A stretch of 62,653 nucleotides of DNA, filler included, from Actinomycetota bacterium (GCA_009886115.1; 3 parts of 3 records of this genome joined end to end with filler, not necessarily neighbours in it); one strand, 5' to 3'; numbered from the whole stretch's first letter, positions 18,832 through 28,387 are shown. Notes: generated by a model not told the origin, from the letters alone. Program-made: numbers and translations.

Positions 18832-20877
18832 ATGCTCCCGGTGATCGTGTTCCCGGCGGTGGATCCACCGGCCGTGTCGGTGATCATCGTCACGTACGGG
18901 GGATGGGGATGGGCGCAGCGTGCCCTCCAGGCGCTCCTCGCGCACACGCCCGCCATCTACGAAGTCGTGATCGTCGACAACGCTTCCCCTGACGACACCG
19001 CCCAGCACCTCGAGCGCATGGTCGCAGGAGCCACCCTCGTGCTCAACGACGTGAACCTGGGTTTCGGCGGCGGGAACAACCTCGGCGTGCTTCACTCGCG
19101 TGCACCACGGTTGCTGTTCCTGAACCCTGACGCCATCGTTGAGCCCGGTTGGCTCGAGCCGCTGATCGCCGCTGTCGACGCAGATCCCCAGATTGGCTTT
19201 GCGGCATCGGCGTTCGTCAACCTCGACGGCTCCGTTCAGGAAGTGGGCTCCGTGGTCGATCGCGAAGGCTCGACGCATGCTGTCGGATCGGGGAGTATCC
19301 GAGATTCACTCGTGGGCTGGTTTCGGCGGGAGGTCGACTACGCGTCGGCTGCATGCGTCATCGTGCCGAGAGTCGCGTTCGACGCTGTTGGCGGGTTCGA
19401 TGTGGCTTACCCGATCGGTTACTACGAAGACGTCGATCTCTGCCTGTCCTTGAGGGCTGCGGGCTATCGGTCGATCGTCGTCCCCTCATCGGTGGTGCGT
19501 CACGTTCGACACGGATCGAGCGACTCGGGCCGGGCCGCGGAACTGATGCTCGCCAACCGGATGATCCTGCTCGAACGTTGGGGCTGGGCTCTACGCCTGC
19601 ACCCGTTGGTCGACGACCCCGAGCGTTTTCCGCACCGGCTGGTCGCTGCTCGAGATACGTACTGCGCCGAGCGCATCCTGGTGATCGACGACCGGGTCCC
19701 GCACCACGATCGAGGATCGGGCGATCCGCGTATGGCTCTGGTGCTCGAGGCCTTGGTCGGTCTCTGGCCCGACGCCCGGGTGACGCTGCTCGCCGTCGAC
19801 GGTGCCGGCGCTGCCGAGTACGCCCCGCCGCTGCTCGAGCGCGGTGTCGAGATCGTCGCTGGTCCCGTGGACCCCGAGGCCTGGTTGCACTCCAGGGCCT
19901 TTCACTACACGAGCGTGATCGTCAGTAGGCCCAACAACATCGGGCGCTTCCTAGGGCCCGTCCGTCGGACGCAACCCCAGGCTGCTCTTGTGTACGACGC
20001 CGAGGCCTTCTACTTCCGTCGCCTGGAGCGCATGGCGGACGTGACCGTTCCGGGCGATCATCGGGATGCCATCCGCAGCGACCTTCACCGCTATCGCAAC
20101 ATCGAGCTCGACGCACTTCGCGAGGTTGACGCCGTCACCATCGTGTCAGACGAGGAGCGCGCGATCGTCGAGCTGCATGCTCCGGGCCGGGCGAGCTTCG
20201 TCGTGCCGCACTATCGCGAGCGACCCGTGCATACGAGGGCCCTGGATCAGCGCTCGGGAATCGCTTTCTACGGCGGGTTCATGGGCGGTCCTGGTTCACC
20301 AAATGAGGACGCCGCGGTGCATCTGGTCCGTTCGGTGTGGCCCTACCTTCGGCGACTCGTACCCGGGACCACTCTCGAGATTGTCGGCTCTGACCCAACC
20401 GACGCGGTCGAGGCCCTCGCCGGGGCCGATGTCTCGGTGATCGGCGCCGTGGCCGACCCCGTAGACCACCTGCAGCGCTATCGCCTGCTCGTGATCCCCA
20501 TGCGCTTCGGCGCCGGGCTCAAGCTGCGCCTGCTCGATGCGATCGCCGCGGGGACCCCGTTCGTAGGAACGGGCATCACTGCAGAGGGTCTCCCTCTCGG
20601 GCTGCTAGCACCGGTGTTGGTGGCCTCAGAGCCCGCCGATATCGCGATGATCGCCGCACAGCTGATGATCGATGCCGCGCTGTGGGAGCACGTGCGACAG
20701 CAGCTCGTCGAGTTGGTTGACTCGTCATTCTCGAAGCGGGTGTTCGAGCAGTCACTCATCGATACGCTCGCGAGCGTCGGGGTCCCACCTCCGCGTGGAC
20801 GCGCACCGACTTCTGCAGTCGCTGTGTCGGACCTGACGAGGGCACCTCAGCGAGAAGCGTCGCGGGTCACCGCTTGA
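18832..20877 (+). CDS. Two-domain glycosyltransferase (GT2 + GT4-like)
   Basis: N-terminal GT2 (VDNASPDDT, FLNPDA, YYEDVDLC) and C-terminal GT-B domain (PNEDA, IPMRFGAGLKLRLLDAIAAGTPFV). Confidence 0.9.
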   Translation: MLPVIVFPAVDPPAVSVIIVTYGGWGWAQRALQALLAHTPAIYEVVIVDNASPDDTAQHLERMVAGATLVLNDVNLGFGGGNNLGVLHSRAPRLLFLNPDAIVEPGWLEPLIAAVDADPQIGFAASAFVNLDGSVQEVGSVVDREGSTHAVGSGSIRDSLVGWFRREVDYASAACVIVPRVAFDAVGGFDVAYPIGYYEDVDLCLSLRAAGYRSIVVPSSVVRHVRHGSSDSGRAAELMLANRMILLERWGWALRLHPLVDDPERFPHRLVAARDTYCAERILVIDDRVPHHDRGSGDPRMALVLEALVGLWPDARVTLLAVDGAGAAEYAPPLLERGVEIVAGPVDPEAWLHSRAFHYTSVIVSRPNNIGRFLGPVRRTQPQAALVYDAEAFYFRRLERMADVTVPGDHRDAIRSDLHRYRNIELDALREVDAVTIVSDEERAIVELHAPGRASFVVPHYRERPVHTRALDQRSGIAFYGGFMGGPGSPNEDAAVHLVRSVWPYLRRLVPGTTLEIVGSDPTDAVEALAGADVSVIGAVADPVDHLQRYRLLVIPMRFGAGLKLRLLDAIAAGTPFVGTGITAEGLPLGLLAPVLVASEPADIAMIAAQLMIDAALWEHVRQQLVELVDSSFSKRVFEQSLIDTLASVGVPPPRGRAPTSAVAVSDLTRAPQREASRVTA

Positions 20878-20906
20878 TCTCGAGAGCACGGCGGTAGAGT
20901 TCGACC

Positions 20907-22142
20907 GTGTCGAATGGTCATGATGCACCCAATCCGAGTCGCTACACGCGCCTGATCGACCTCGACGACCCGACGAGCAGTCATTCGATGGCTGTGCTGG
21001 CCACTCCCGCCGGATCCGACGTCCTCGACGTGGGGTGCGGGGAGGGGCATGTCGCGGCAGCGCTCGTCGAGCGGGGCTGTCGTGTGTGGGGCATCGAGAT
21101 CGATCCCGAGGCTGCGGTCGCCGCCCGGATCTCATGCGAGGCTGTGGTCGTCGGCGACGTAATGGGGGTCTCCCATGAGTCTCTGGGCAGCCGACCCTTC
21201 GACGTGATCCTGCTCCTCGATGTCTTGGAACACTTGGTCGACCCGTTGGTGGCGCTGCGCCACGTCACGGCCTGGCTGGCGCCCGGTGGGAGGGTCATCG
21301 TCTCGATCCCGAATGTCGCTCATGCCGCGGTTCGGCTCGCCTTGCTCCAGGGGCGCTTCGAGTACAGCGAGACCGGCCTGCTCGACGAGACGCATCTCCG
21401 ATTCTTCGACCGTCGTTCCCTCGGGGCCTTGATCCACGATGCCGGACTCGCTGTCTTCGATGAGCTCCGGGTCCGACGACGGGTCGACGAGACGGAGATC
21501 GAGGTCGACCTCGACGCTCTACCGGTCGAGCTTCGTTCCATTGCGACCGCCGAACGCGACGCCGAGACGTACCAGTTCCTCGTGATAGCTGGGCGTCGCC
21601 ACCCGGACGACGCTACGCCCCAATCCGTGCTTCCGGGGCTTGCGAGCATCTGGCAACGCCGAGCCGAACAGTTCGAGGATTCGCTTCGCCAGACCTCGGA
21701 GTACGTGACGGGGGTCGAGCGCGAGTCCGAATCGCGGGCTACCTACATCGGCCACCTCGAGGACGAGATCTCGGGTACAGACGGCTACGCGGGCCGTCTC
21801 GCCGAGGCCGCCGAGCGCATGTCTAGATTGGAGCGCGACCTCGTCCTCGCTCAGGCCGAGTGTGCCGAGCTGCGATCGACATCGAGCGACCTTCGCCAAC
21901 GGCTAGAGCAGGCGTGTGCTCGTGAAAGTGAGGCTGCGGCGAATCTCCGGGAAATTGAGCACTCGGCGATCAACCTCGTGGAAGAACTCGCTGCGCGAGC
22001 GCGTGAACGCGATGGCCTAGCGGCGACAATCTTGGGACTCACCGAACGTCTTGATGAAGGGCCCCGTGAGTTACCGGTCGCGTCGTCTGATTTGCTTCTC
22101 TCTCCCTCGGGGTGCTTCAACCGCCTACGACGGGGGCGATAG
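20907..22142 (+). CDS. SAM-dependent methyltransferase with long C-terminal coiled coil
   Basis: VLDVGCGEG, DVLEHLVDP, SIPNVAH, GLLDETHLRFF, then about 130 aa of heptad-rich helix. GTG lies 6 nt after -10 TAGAGT. Confidence 0.88.
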   Translation: MSNGHDAPNPSRYTRLIDLDDPTSSHSMAVLATPAGSDVLDVGCGEGHVAAALVERGCRVWGIEIDPEAAVAARISCEAVVVGDVMGVSHESLGSRPFDVILLLDVLEHLVDPLVALRHVTAWLAPGGRVIVSIPNVAHAAVRLALLQGRFEYSETGLLDETHLRFFDRRSLGALIHDAGLAVFDELRVRRRVDETEIEVDLDALPVELRSIATAERDAETYQFLVIAGRRHPDDATPQSVLPGLASIWQRRAEQFEDSLRQTSEYVTGVERESESRATYIGHLEDEISGTDGYAGRLAEAAERMSRLERDLVLAQAECAELRSTSSDLRQRLEQACARESEAAANLREIEHSAINLVEELAARARERDGLAATILGLTERLDEGPRELPVASSDLLLSPSGCFNRLRRGR

Positions 22143-22184
22143 ATACCGCGCGGACGGTCTTCGTCGTCAGTTCGGCACCAAATG

Positions 22185-24506
22185 TCAGGACTCGCCTGAT
22201 CCGGCGACCGTGTGGATGGTTCCGTCGGCGATGCGGCGGACGCGGTTGTTGACCCTGTCGGTGAACAACACGGAGTCATTCGGCCCCACCACCACGTCGA
22301 ACGGTCCATCGAGCTGTGCTTCGCTCGCTGGTCCTTTATCGCCGGCGAATCCGGGGGTGCCGGTTCCTGCGATCGTCTCGATGATGCCATCGGGTCCGAC
22401 TCGCCGAATCCTCACGTTGACCTGATCGACGAAAACGAACGATCCATCCAGAAATACGTCGACACCCGTCGGGAACTCGAGTTGCGCTTCGACTGCTGGT
22501 CCTTTATCGCCGGCGAATCCGGGGGTGCCCATTCCTGCGATGGTCTCGATGATGCCTTCCGGTCCCACTCGCCGAATTCTGTTGTTACCCGTGTCAGCGA
22601 TATAGATCGCACCGTTGAGATCAACGGCGACGTCAACGGGGTACTGGAGCTGTGCTTCGAGAGCGGGTCCTCCGTCGCCAGCGGCTCCCGGGGTCCCTTT
22701 CCCGGCGACGGTTGTGATCACTCCATCGGAGCCGACTCTCCGTATGCGTTGGTTGTCCGTGTCGGCGATGAAGAGGGCACCCTCGGTATCGAGCGCGATA
22801 CCCACGGGGAGCCCGAGCTGTGCCTCGTTTGCTTGGCCACCGTCGCCGGAAAAGCCGCGAGTACCGGTTCCGGCGATCGTCTCGATCACACCGTTGGCGC
22901 TCACCCTTCGTATGCGATGGTTGTCGCGATCGACGAAGTAGATGTTGCCAGACGCATCAACAGCGACGCTGACCGGCGCTGCCAGCACAGCCTCGATCGC
23001 TGGGCCTTTGTCACCGGAGTACCCGGGCTCACCCGTCCCAGCAATGGTGTCGATTGCGCCATCAGGAGAGACTCGGCGTATCAGGTGGTGCTCCGAGTCG
23101 GCGATGTAGATGTCGCCTTCGGAGCCGATGGCCACGCCAGTCGGGAAGTCGATCTGTGCTTCAACCGCCGGCCCCCCATCGCCGAGGGCAGGGAACCTCG
23201 GCTGGGAGCCCTCATCGCCTCCAACCGTCAGGAGCACGATCAATGCCACCGCAGTGACAGCGGCTACCACCACCGTCAACGTTGCGATCAACCGGCCGCG
23301 TGTCCGATGAGCCCTGGAAGTCTCGGGCTTGACGAATGTGGTCGTCGCACCTAACTCGCCGTCGCCACGGTCCGCTGTGGCGCTGGACGGCGGTGGAGGG
23401 GTGGGGAGGACCCAAGGAGGTGTAGGCGGCTCCCCAGGCGTCGAAGAGGTGGGGTGTACCGAAGTCGTCGCCGGTGACCAGGCCGACGGGTCTTGTCCCG
23501 TTTCGGTGCGGGGCTCCCTGGGGACGACGACCGATGTCGGGAACGAGGGTAGCCTCCCCGTCTCGGGATTCGACACCAGCGGTCTTGAGAGTGGTGGGTC
23601 GAACTGCGTGTCAGCGACGCCCGTGACGAGCTCATCGGAGGTGGGGCCGTTGGTTGCTGCAGCCTTGGTTGGCGTGACCTGCTGACCGGTCAGCCGCTGC
23701 GTCAGCTGGAGCGCTCGAGCCATTTCTCCAGCAGAGCTGTACCGCGCCTCCGGCGTCTTGGACATGGCTCGCTCGATCGCCAGGGCGACAGAGTCGGGAA
23801 CTCCGAGACGGCGCAGATCGGGAACCTGTTCGGTCGCTACGCGGACGAGCATCGGAATAAGCGACTCGTGGGTCGCCGCGGTGAAAGCTGGTACACCGAC
23901 AATGAGTGCGTAGAGCGTCGAGCCTAGGGAATAGACGTCGGATGCGATGCTCGCGCGGGCTCCGGTCAGGACCTCGGGCGCTGCATGGGCAAGCGTTCCT
24001 GTCATGATCCCGGCTGCCGTCATGGTGAGGCTGGGGATTGCAGCAATGCCGAAGTCGGCAAGTTGGCAGTCGTCGAAACGGTCGAGGAGCAGGTTCTCCG
24101 GTTTCACATCGCGATGCAGGACATCGGAGCGGTGGGCGGCCTCGAGAGCATCCGCGACCTGAACTCCGATGACGAGGGCGCGCGCCCACGGTATCGAACC
24201 TGACTGTTTGATCTGATCGGCGAGGGAGCCGCCCGGGAGATACTCCATGGCCAGGTATGGCGTGCCATCGTCAGCGGTACCAGCATCGAACACCGAGACG
24301 ATATGGGGATGCCATGAAAGCGCGCCCACCGAAAGGCACTCGCGCTGGAACCGACGAACAGTGTCGGCGTCGACACCGATCCGATGGAGCACCTTGAGCG
24401 CTACTGGTCGATTGAACGCGATCTGTGTGGCCCGGTAGACGACCGCAAACCCACCTCGCCCTAGCTCGGTGAGATCGGAGTAGCCGCTGATCGTGGACTC
24501 CGACAT
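22185..24506 (-). CDS. Transmembrane Ser/Thr protein kinase with extracellular NHL-repeat beta-propeller (PknD-like architecture)
   Basis: LGRGGFAVVY, VALK, HRDVKPENLL, DFG, APE; Pro/Thr linker; one TM helix; about six IYIAD..NHRIRRV..DG.I.TIAGTG repeats. Confidence 0.92.
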   Translation of the reverse strand: MSESTISGYSDLTELGRGGFAVVYRATQIAFNRPVALKVLHRIGVDADTVRRFQRECLSVGALSWHPHIVSVFDAGTADDGTPYLAMEYLPGGSLADQIKQSGSIPWARALVIGVQVADALEAAHRSDVLHRDVKPENLLLDRFDDCQLADFGIAAIPSLTMTAAGIMTGTLAHAAPEVLTGARASIASDVYSLGSTLYALIVGVPAFTAATHESLIPMLVRVATEQVPDLRRLGVPDSVALAIERAMSKTPEARYSSAGEMARALQLTQRLTGQQVTPTKAAATNGPTSDELVTGVADTQFDPPLSRPLVSNPETGRLPSFPTSVVVPREPRTETGQDPSAWSPATTSVHPTSSTPGEPPTPPWVLPTPPPPSSATADRGDGELGATTTFVKPETSRAHRTRGRLIATLTVVVAAVTAVALIVLLTVGGDEGSQPRFPALGDGGPAVEAQIDFPTGVAIGSEGDIYIADSEHHLIRRVSPDGAIDTIAGTGEPGYSGDKGPAIEAVLAAPVSVAVDASGNIYFVDRDNHRIRRVSANGVIETIAGTGTRGFSGDGGQANEAQLGLPVGIALDTEGALFIADTDNQRIRRVGSDGVITTVAGKGTPGAAGDGGPALEAQLQYPVDVAVDLNGAIYIADTGNNRIRRVGPEGIIETIAGMGTPGFAGDKGPAVEAQLEFPTGVDVFLDGSFVFVDQVNVRIRRVGPDGIIETIAGTGTPGFAGDKGPASEAQLDGPFDVVVGPNDSVLFTDRVNNRVRRIADGTIHTVAGSGES

Positions 24507-24611
24507 TGCCGCCGTTTCGCCGTCCGGGTCGGTCCCGCTTGGCAAGCCGGACCGAACTGTTCACCTTGGCGCCAGGCTACAACCCCATGGACGGTTGGTC
24601 AGCGCAGGCTC

Positions 24612-26096
24612 TCAGCTGGACAGGTAGTGCCAGGTGAGCCAACGCAACGCGCCCCCGGGCGAGGCGACGAGACGAACCGACGCCGTCGGTTGCCCCACAA
24701 CGATCAGGTCGCCTGGCTCGATGTTCGCGGAGCGTCCATTGACCTCCATTCTTGCGGGGTCTCCGTCGTTGCCGGTGATCAAGAGCGCCGTCAGCCGTCG
24801 CCCGAGCCCGAGGAGGGGATGGGGTTCGCGCCTTGCCTCGAGCTTGAGACCTCCTTCCGGGCCGACGTGGTACGGGCCGGCCTCGTGCAGGTAGGGATCG
24901 GGGATGAGCCCGAGGAAGCCGGTCAGGCGTTCCAGAAGCATGATTGTCGCAGGTGCGGCGGCTGCGGACAGGAGGCCCCGGGTGTCGGATCCGAGCGCGT
25001 CCACATGCTCAGCTGAGCGGATCAGGACGCGCTCTCGCGCTCGTTCGTACGTAAGGCCGCCTGAGGGCGTCAGGAACGGGGACTCGACATCGATCGAAGC
25101 GAGTCGCTGGTACGTGACGACGCGTGAGAACCTGCCCACGCCGATCTCCGCGAACTCTCGGATCGAGTCGGAGGACACCGCTCCGGTGAAGCAATGATCT
25201 GACAGCCGTACTCGGTCATCGAGCTCCTGCTCGCTGGAGACAGGAGCAGCAGCCCCGCCGAATCGGGCCGAACCGTGGAATCGCGCGTCACCATAGGGCC
25301 ACACTCGGCCGAGGCTGTCGAGGACCAGGCATCCGGTCCCTCTCGCTGACGGCGCAATTGCCACGGCAGTCTCGGCCCCAACCAACAGCCCTTCCGTCGA
25401 GCTCGACCAGAGCCTGATGCCGGTCGCGCATGCGCTCGCGCCGCCATCTTCACCGTCGGCGACGCCGAGTCGACCGTCGGTATCGCCGAGGCCATACACG
25501 GATCCATCAGAAAGGAGAATCCAGTACCCGGACCCGTCGGCGACCCCGGCCATCGCTGTGCACGTGTGGGTACCGATCCCCCGGCCGACGAGACTGTCGT
25601 GGAAGTCGGCCTTCCCGAAGGTGAACACCCCGCCGGACCGATCGGCCAACCAGTATCCGCAGCCACGCGGGGCGGGAGCGATCGCAACGATGTCGCCGTT
25701 CGCGATGCCGAGGCCTGCGAGGGTTCCCAGAAACGGGGCGGCTCCGAACGGGTACACATTGCCGTCTCGGTCGGCAAGCCAATAACCGCAGCCTCCTGCC
25801 GAAGGTGCGATCCCGACGATCCGGTTGGTTGTCACCCCGTCCTCGGGCAATGACCCGTGATAGGGGAGCTCGCCGAAGGAGTAGACGCCGCCGTTGGCCC
25901 CGACGATCCAGTAGCCACGCAGGCCCGGCACACCTGTCATCCCCACGATGTCGTCGACCTCGATGCCTTGGGTGCTCAGGTCTCCGAGAGCATCGGCGTC
26001 CCCCAACGCCACGACGCGACCTGTGCGATCGACGATCCTGTAGCCCCGAGGAGTCGGTGCGATGCCGACGAACGGCGTGGATGGTCGTTCGATCAT
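24612..26096 (-). CDS. Protein with six N-terminal GYW repeats fused to a degenerate 2OG-Fe(II) oxygenase-like domain
   Basis: Repeats such as GYWIVGANGGVYSFG and GYWLADRSGGVFTFG. C-terminal LERLTGFLGLIPDPYLHEAG..GGLKLEARREPHPLLGLGRRLTALL resembles 2OG-Fe(II) oxygenases without HxD. No obvious signal peptide. Confidence 0.7.
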   Translation of the reverse strand: MIERPSTPFVGIAPTPRGYRIVDRTGRVVALGDADALGDLSTQGIEVDDIVGMTGVPGLRGYWIVGANGGVYSFGELPYHGSLPEDGVTTNRIVGIAPSAGGCGYWLADRDGNVYPFGAAPFLGTLAGLGIANGDIVAIAPAPRGCGYWLADRSGGVFTFGKADFHDSLVGRGIGTHTCTAMAGVADGSGYWILLSDGSVYGLGDTDGRLGVADGEDGGASACATGIRLWSSSTEGLLVGAETAVAIAPSARGTGCLVLDSLGRVWPYGDARFHGSARFGGAAAPVSSEQELDDRVRLSDHCFTGAVSSDSIREFAEIGVGRFSRVVTYQRLASIDVESPFLTPSGGLTYERARERVLIRSAEHVDALGSDTRGLLSAAAAPATIMLLERLTGFLGLIPDPYLHEAGPYHVGPEGGLKLEARREPHPLLGLGRRLTALLITGNDGDPARMEVNGRSANIEPGDLIVVGQPTASVRLVASPGGALRWLTWHYLSS

Positions 26097-26250
26097 TGCC
26101 GGTCACTCCATGCCGTGCCCCGATCTGGGTGCGCGAGGCGTCCGAGGGTGGCGGTACGTCTCCCGGCACGCCCAACTCGCCCATCGGTGGTGAACGACCG
26201 CGTCTCCTTGGACGTACATCTCAAGCACCAGGTGAGGTCGATCCTCGCGG

Positions 26251-27940
26251 TCAAGGCGCTATCGACGGACGGGAGGGGATCGGACATGGCGTCGATCGTA
26301 GCGACACGCTCGCCTGGGCACCGGGGATCGTGGGAACTGCCGGCATCCTTGTGGAGCCCGATGTCATCGAGCCGGGCTCCGGCCAGGCGTTTCGGTATGC
26401 GGCGACCGGGGCGGCGAGGTTGGTGAGCGAGCGGGCATTGTCACGCACGTTGGTGATCCCCGACGGCGTCCCGGGGAGACCGATGAAGTCGCGGTTCGGG
26501 TTCGAATACTGAGGAAGCTTCGGACACCCGGAATAACCTGGTTGGTCGCAGCCAGTGTGATAGCCCATGATCGTCAGGGCCTGTCTGGTCGAGTTCGACA
26601 CCAGGTGGGCCTCGCTGTAGTTGTACGGGGCCGGCGCCGGTGATCCGGGGGTATTGAACAGCGTGTACGGATCGTGATGACCCCCGAAGTTGTGGCCGAA
26701 CTCGTGCGCGAAGCCGTACTCCGCGAACACGTCGGTACAGGTCACCGCGAACCCGAGCGTGGCGTCACCCGAACTGGGTGGAACATACCCAACACCGCCC
26801 GAGCATGTGCTCCCGGCCAGGCTGACCAGGTCGGCGCCGACCTGCGTCCGCAACGGATGGAGTTGGTCGAGGACGCCATCGTTGGGAATACGCAGATTGT
26901 TGAGCGCATCGTCATTGTCCGCAGGGAAGGTGTAGGTGACGGGTTCGAGCCGGACAAGCCGGGCCCGTTGGTTCATGTTCGAGTTCACGAAGGCCCAGTT
27001 GATGAAGTCGACCTGCTGTACGAGCGCTGTGGCGGTCACGCCGGTGTAGGCGATCATCACGTCGATCACGTAGTTCACGGTCTGCAGCGACTGGACACCG
27101 GTCGTGGATGTGTCGGTTCCCGATGGCTCCGCGGGCAGCGCCGTCGACGGTGCTGTGGCTCCGTCGACGGGGACCACCGCCTCGACGGGATCGCTCAGCG
27201 AGGTCTCCGTGACGGGTGTCGAGACCGCGACTCCGGCTCGGCCCTCGGGCAGGTCGGGGTAGGAGTGCATGTCGAGTTCGGAGAGTACGTGGGTGCCGTC
27301 GGGTTGGGGGGCGAGCTGGTAGGTGCGCTGTTCGGCGAGGACCCGGGCGGCCACGTCGAAGCCGGCCGTGCCGTCGGTTCGTGGTATCAGGGTGAACTGG
27401 GCGGTCGAGTCGGATCCGTCGTTGTTGAGCCGGCGGCCGATCCACGACACGGTCACGGGCCTGACACCGCCGTGCATGGGGTCGAAGCCGGGGACGAGCC
27501 CGTCGGGTGACGACACGGTCACCTCGACCGGCTCGAAACGGGCCTGCTCACCGTCGAACAGGTCGACGATCACCGGCCGGCCGGCAACCCGTCGGGTGTC
27601 GCGAGGGCCCGAGACCTCGGGGAGCGGGCCGGCCACGAGCTGATCAACGATCGCGGTCGGTTGCACCCCCGCCAACCGTTGGCGGATCACCACACCCGCC
27701 GGGATGCCCTCGACCGGTCTCGTCGAGTCCACGAGCTGGCCGTGACGGTCGGCGATCGGCATCGACTCGAGCCGCCCGTCCGCTTTAGGCCCGCCCGGCG
27801 CGGCGCGTAACGGCGAGACGCCGCCACTCAGGAGAGCCGCGGCCGCGTCAGCTCGAGCGCCGACGATGACCGGCCCCCCCGGAAGCCAAGAACGCCGACA
27901 ACGATACCAGCGCAATCAGCGATCCGGTCCGAGGTCTCAT
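26251..27940 (-). CDS. M12/reprolysin-like zinc metallopeptidase; signal-peptide region frameshifted at a G7 run (pseudogene, phase-variable gene or sequencing error)
   Basis: HEFGHNFGGHHD zinc motif, TIMGY Met-turn, YSNP. GGAGG RBS + ATG at 27940 encodes MRPRTGSLIALVSLSAFLASGG, one base out of frame with the main ORF at 27874-27880. Confidence 0.8.
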
Positions 27941-27942
27941 CA

Positions 27943-28059
27943 CTACCTCCGGAAGCTCGATGGCGCCCGAGACCGCGAACGCGGGAGCATGGGCGCCGAG
28001 CCGAGGGACTCGATCAGATCATCATCGCACGAGCTGTCCGACTCGACAAGAGCGGCCAC
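27943..28059 (-). CDS. Possible 3' end of an upstream gene truncated by the contig end
   Basis: Open frame VAALVESDSSCDDDLIESLG...FRR* ends 2 nt before the peptidase ATG. Confidence 0.3.
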   Translation of the reverse strand: MAALVESDSSCDDDLIESLGSAPMLPRSRSRAPSSFRR

Positions 28060-28159
28060 NNNNNNNNNNNNNNNNNNNNNNNNNNNNNNNNNNNNNNNNN
28101 NNNTTAATTAATTAANNNNNNNNNNNNNNNNNNNNNNNNNNNNNNNNNNNNNNNNNNNN
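28060..28159. other. Artificial contig-join spacer
   Basis: N run with a central TTAATTAATTAA (six-frame stop linker). Confidence 0.98.
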
Positions 28160-28342
28160 GCCAAGTACGCGGCCGAGGGTCTGGCCTGGTATTGGATCGT
28201 CGATCTGGATGCTCAGACGGTTGAGGTTCTCCGCAATGACGGCGGGGTCATGGTCGATGTCCAGACGAGCCGGGCCGGCGATCCGGCCGAGACGATCGGT
28301 CCGTTCCCCGTGCCGCTCGACCCGGCGGAGCTGAGCCGCTGA
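28160..28342 (+). CDS. Uma2/DUF820-family endonuclease, C-terminal part (truncated by gap)
   Basis: AKYAAEGLAWYWIVDLDAQTVEVLR...PFPVPLDPAELSR* matches the Uma2 K..YA..G...YWIVD motif. Not in the ORF track. Confidence 0.8.
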   Translation, partial: AKYAAEGLAWYWIVDLDAQTVEVLRNDGGVMVDVQTSRAGDPAETIGPFPVPLDPAELSR

Positions 28343-28387
28343 ACCGACGACCAGACGGCGCCCGGTCGTCGGCGCGAGGCTCCAGCC

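Noticed and set aside
22200..23200. ~168-bp periodic repeats
   Set aside because: Coding NHL repeats of the kinase sensor domain.
26093..26287. 64-aa ORF whose stop overlaps the ATG at 26096, as a gene or a frameshifted peptidase tail
   Set aside because: No recognisable motif or RBS and no clear frameshift site; cannot be supported.
28060..28159. TTAATTAATTAA palindrome within N runs (also at 57994-58005)
   Set aside because: Artificial six-frame-stop linker used to concatenate contigs; not biological. ORFs ending in X runs are artefacts of it.
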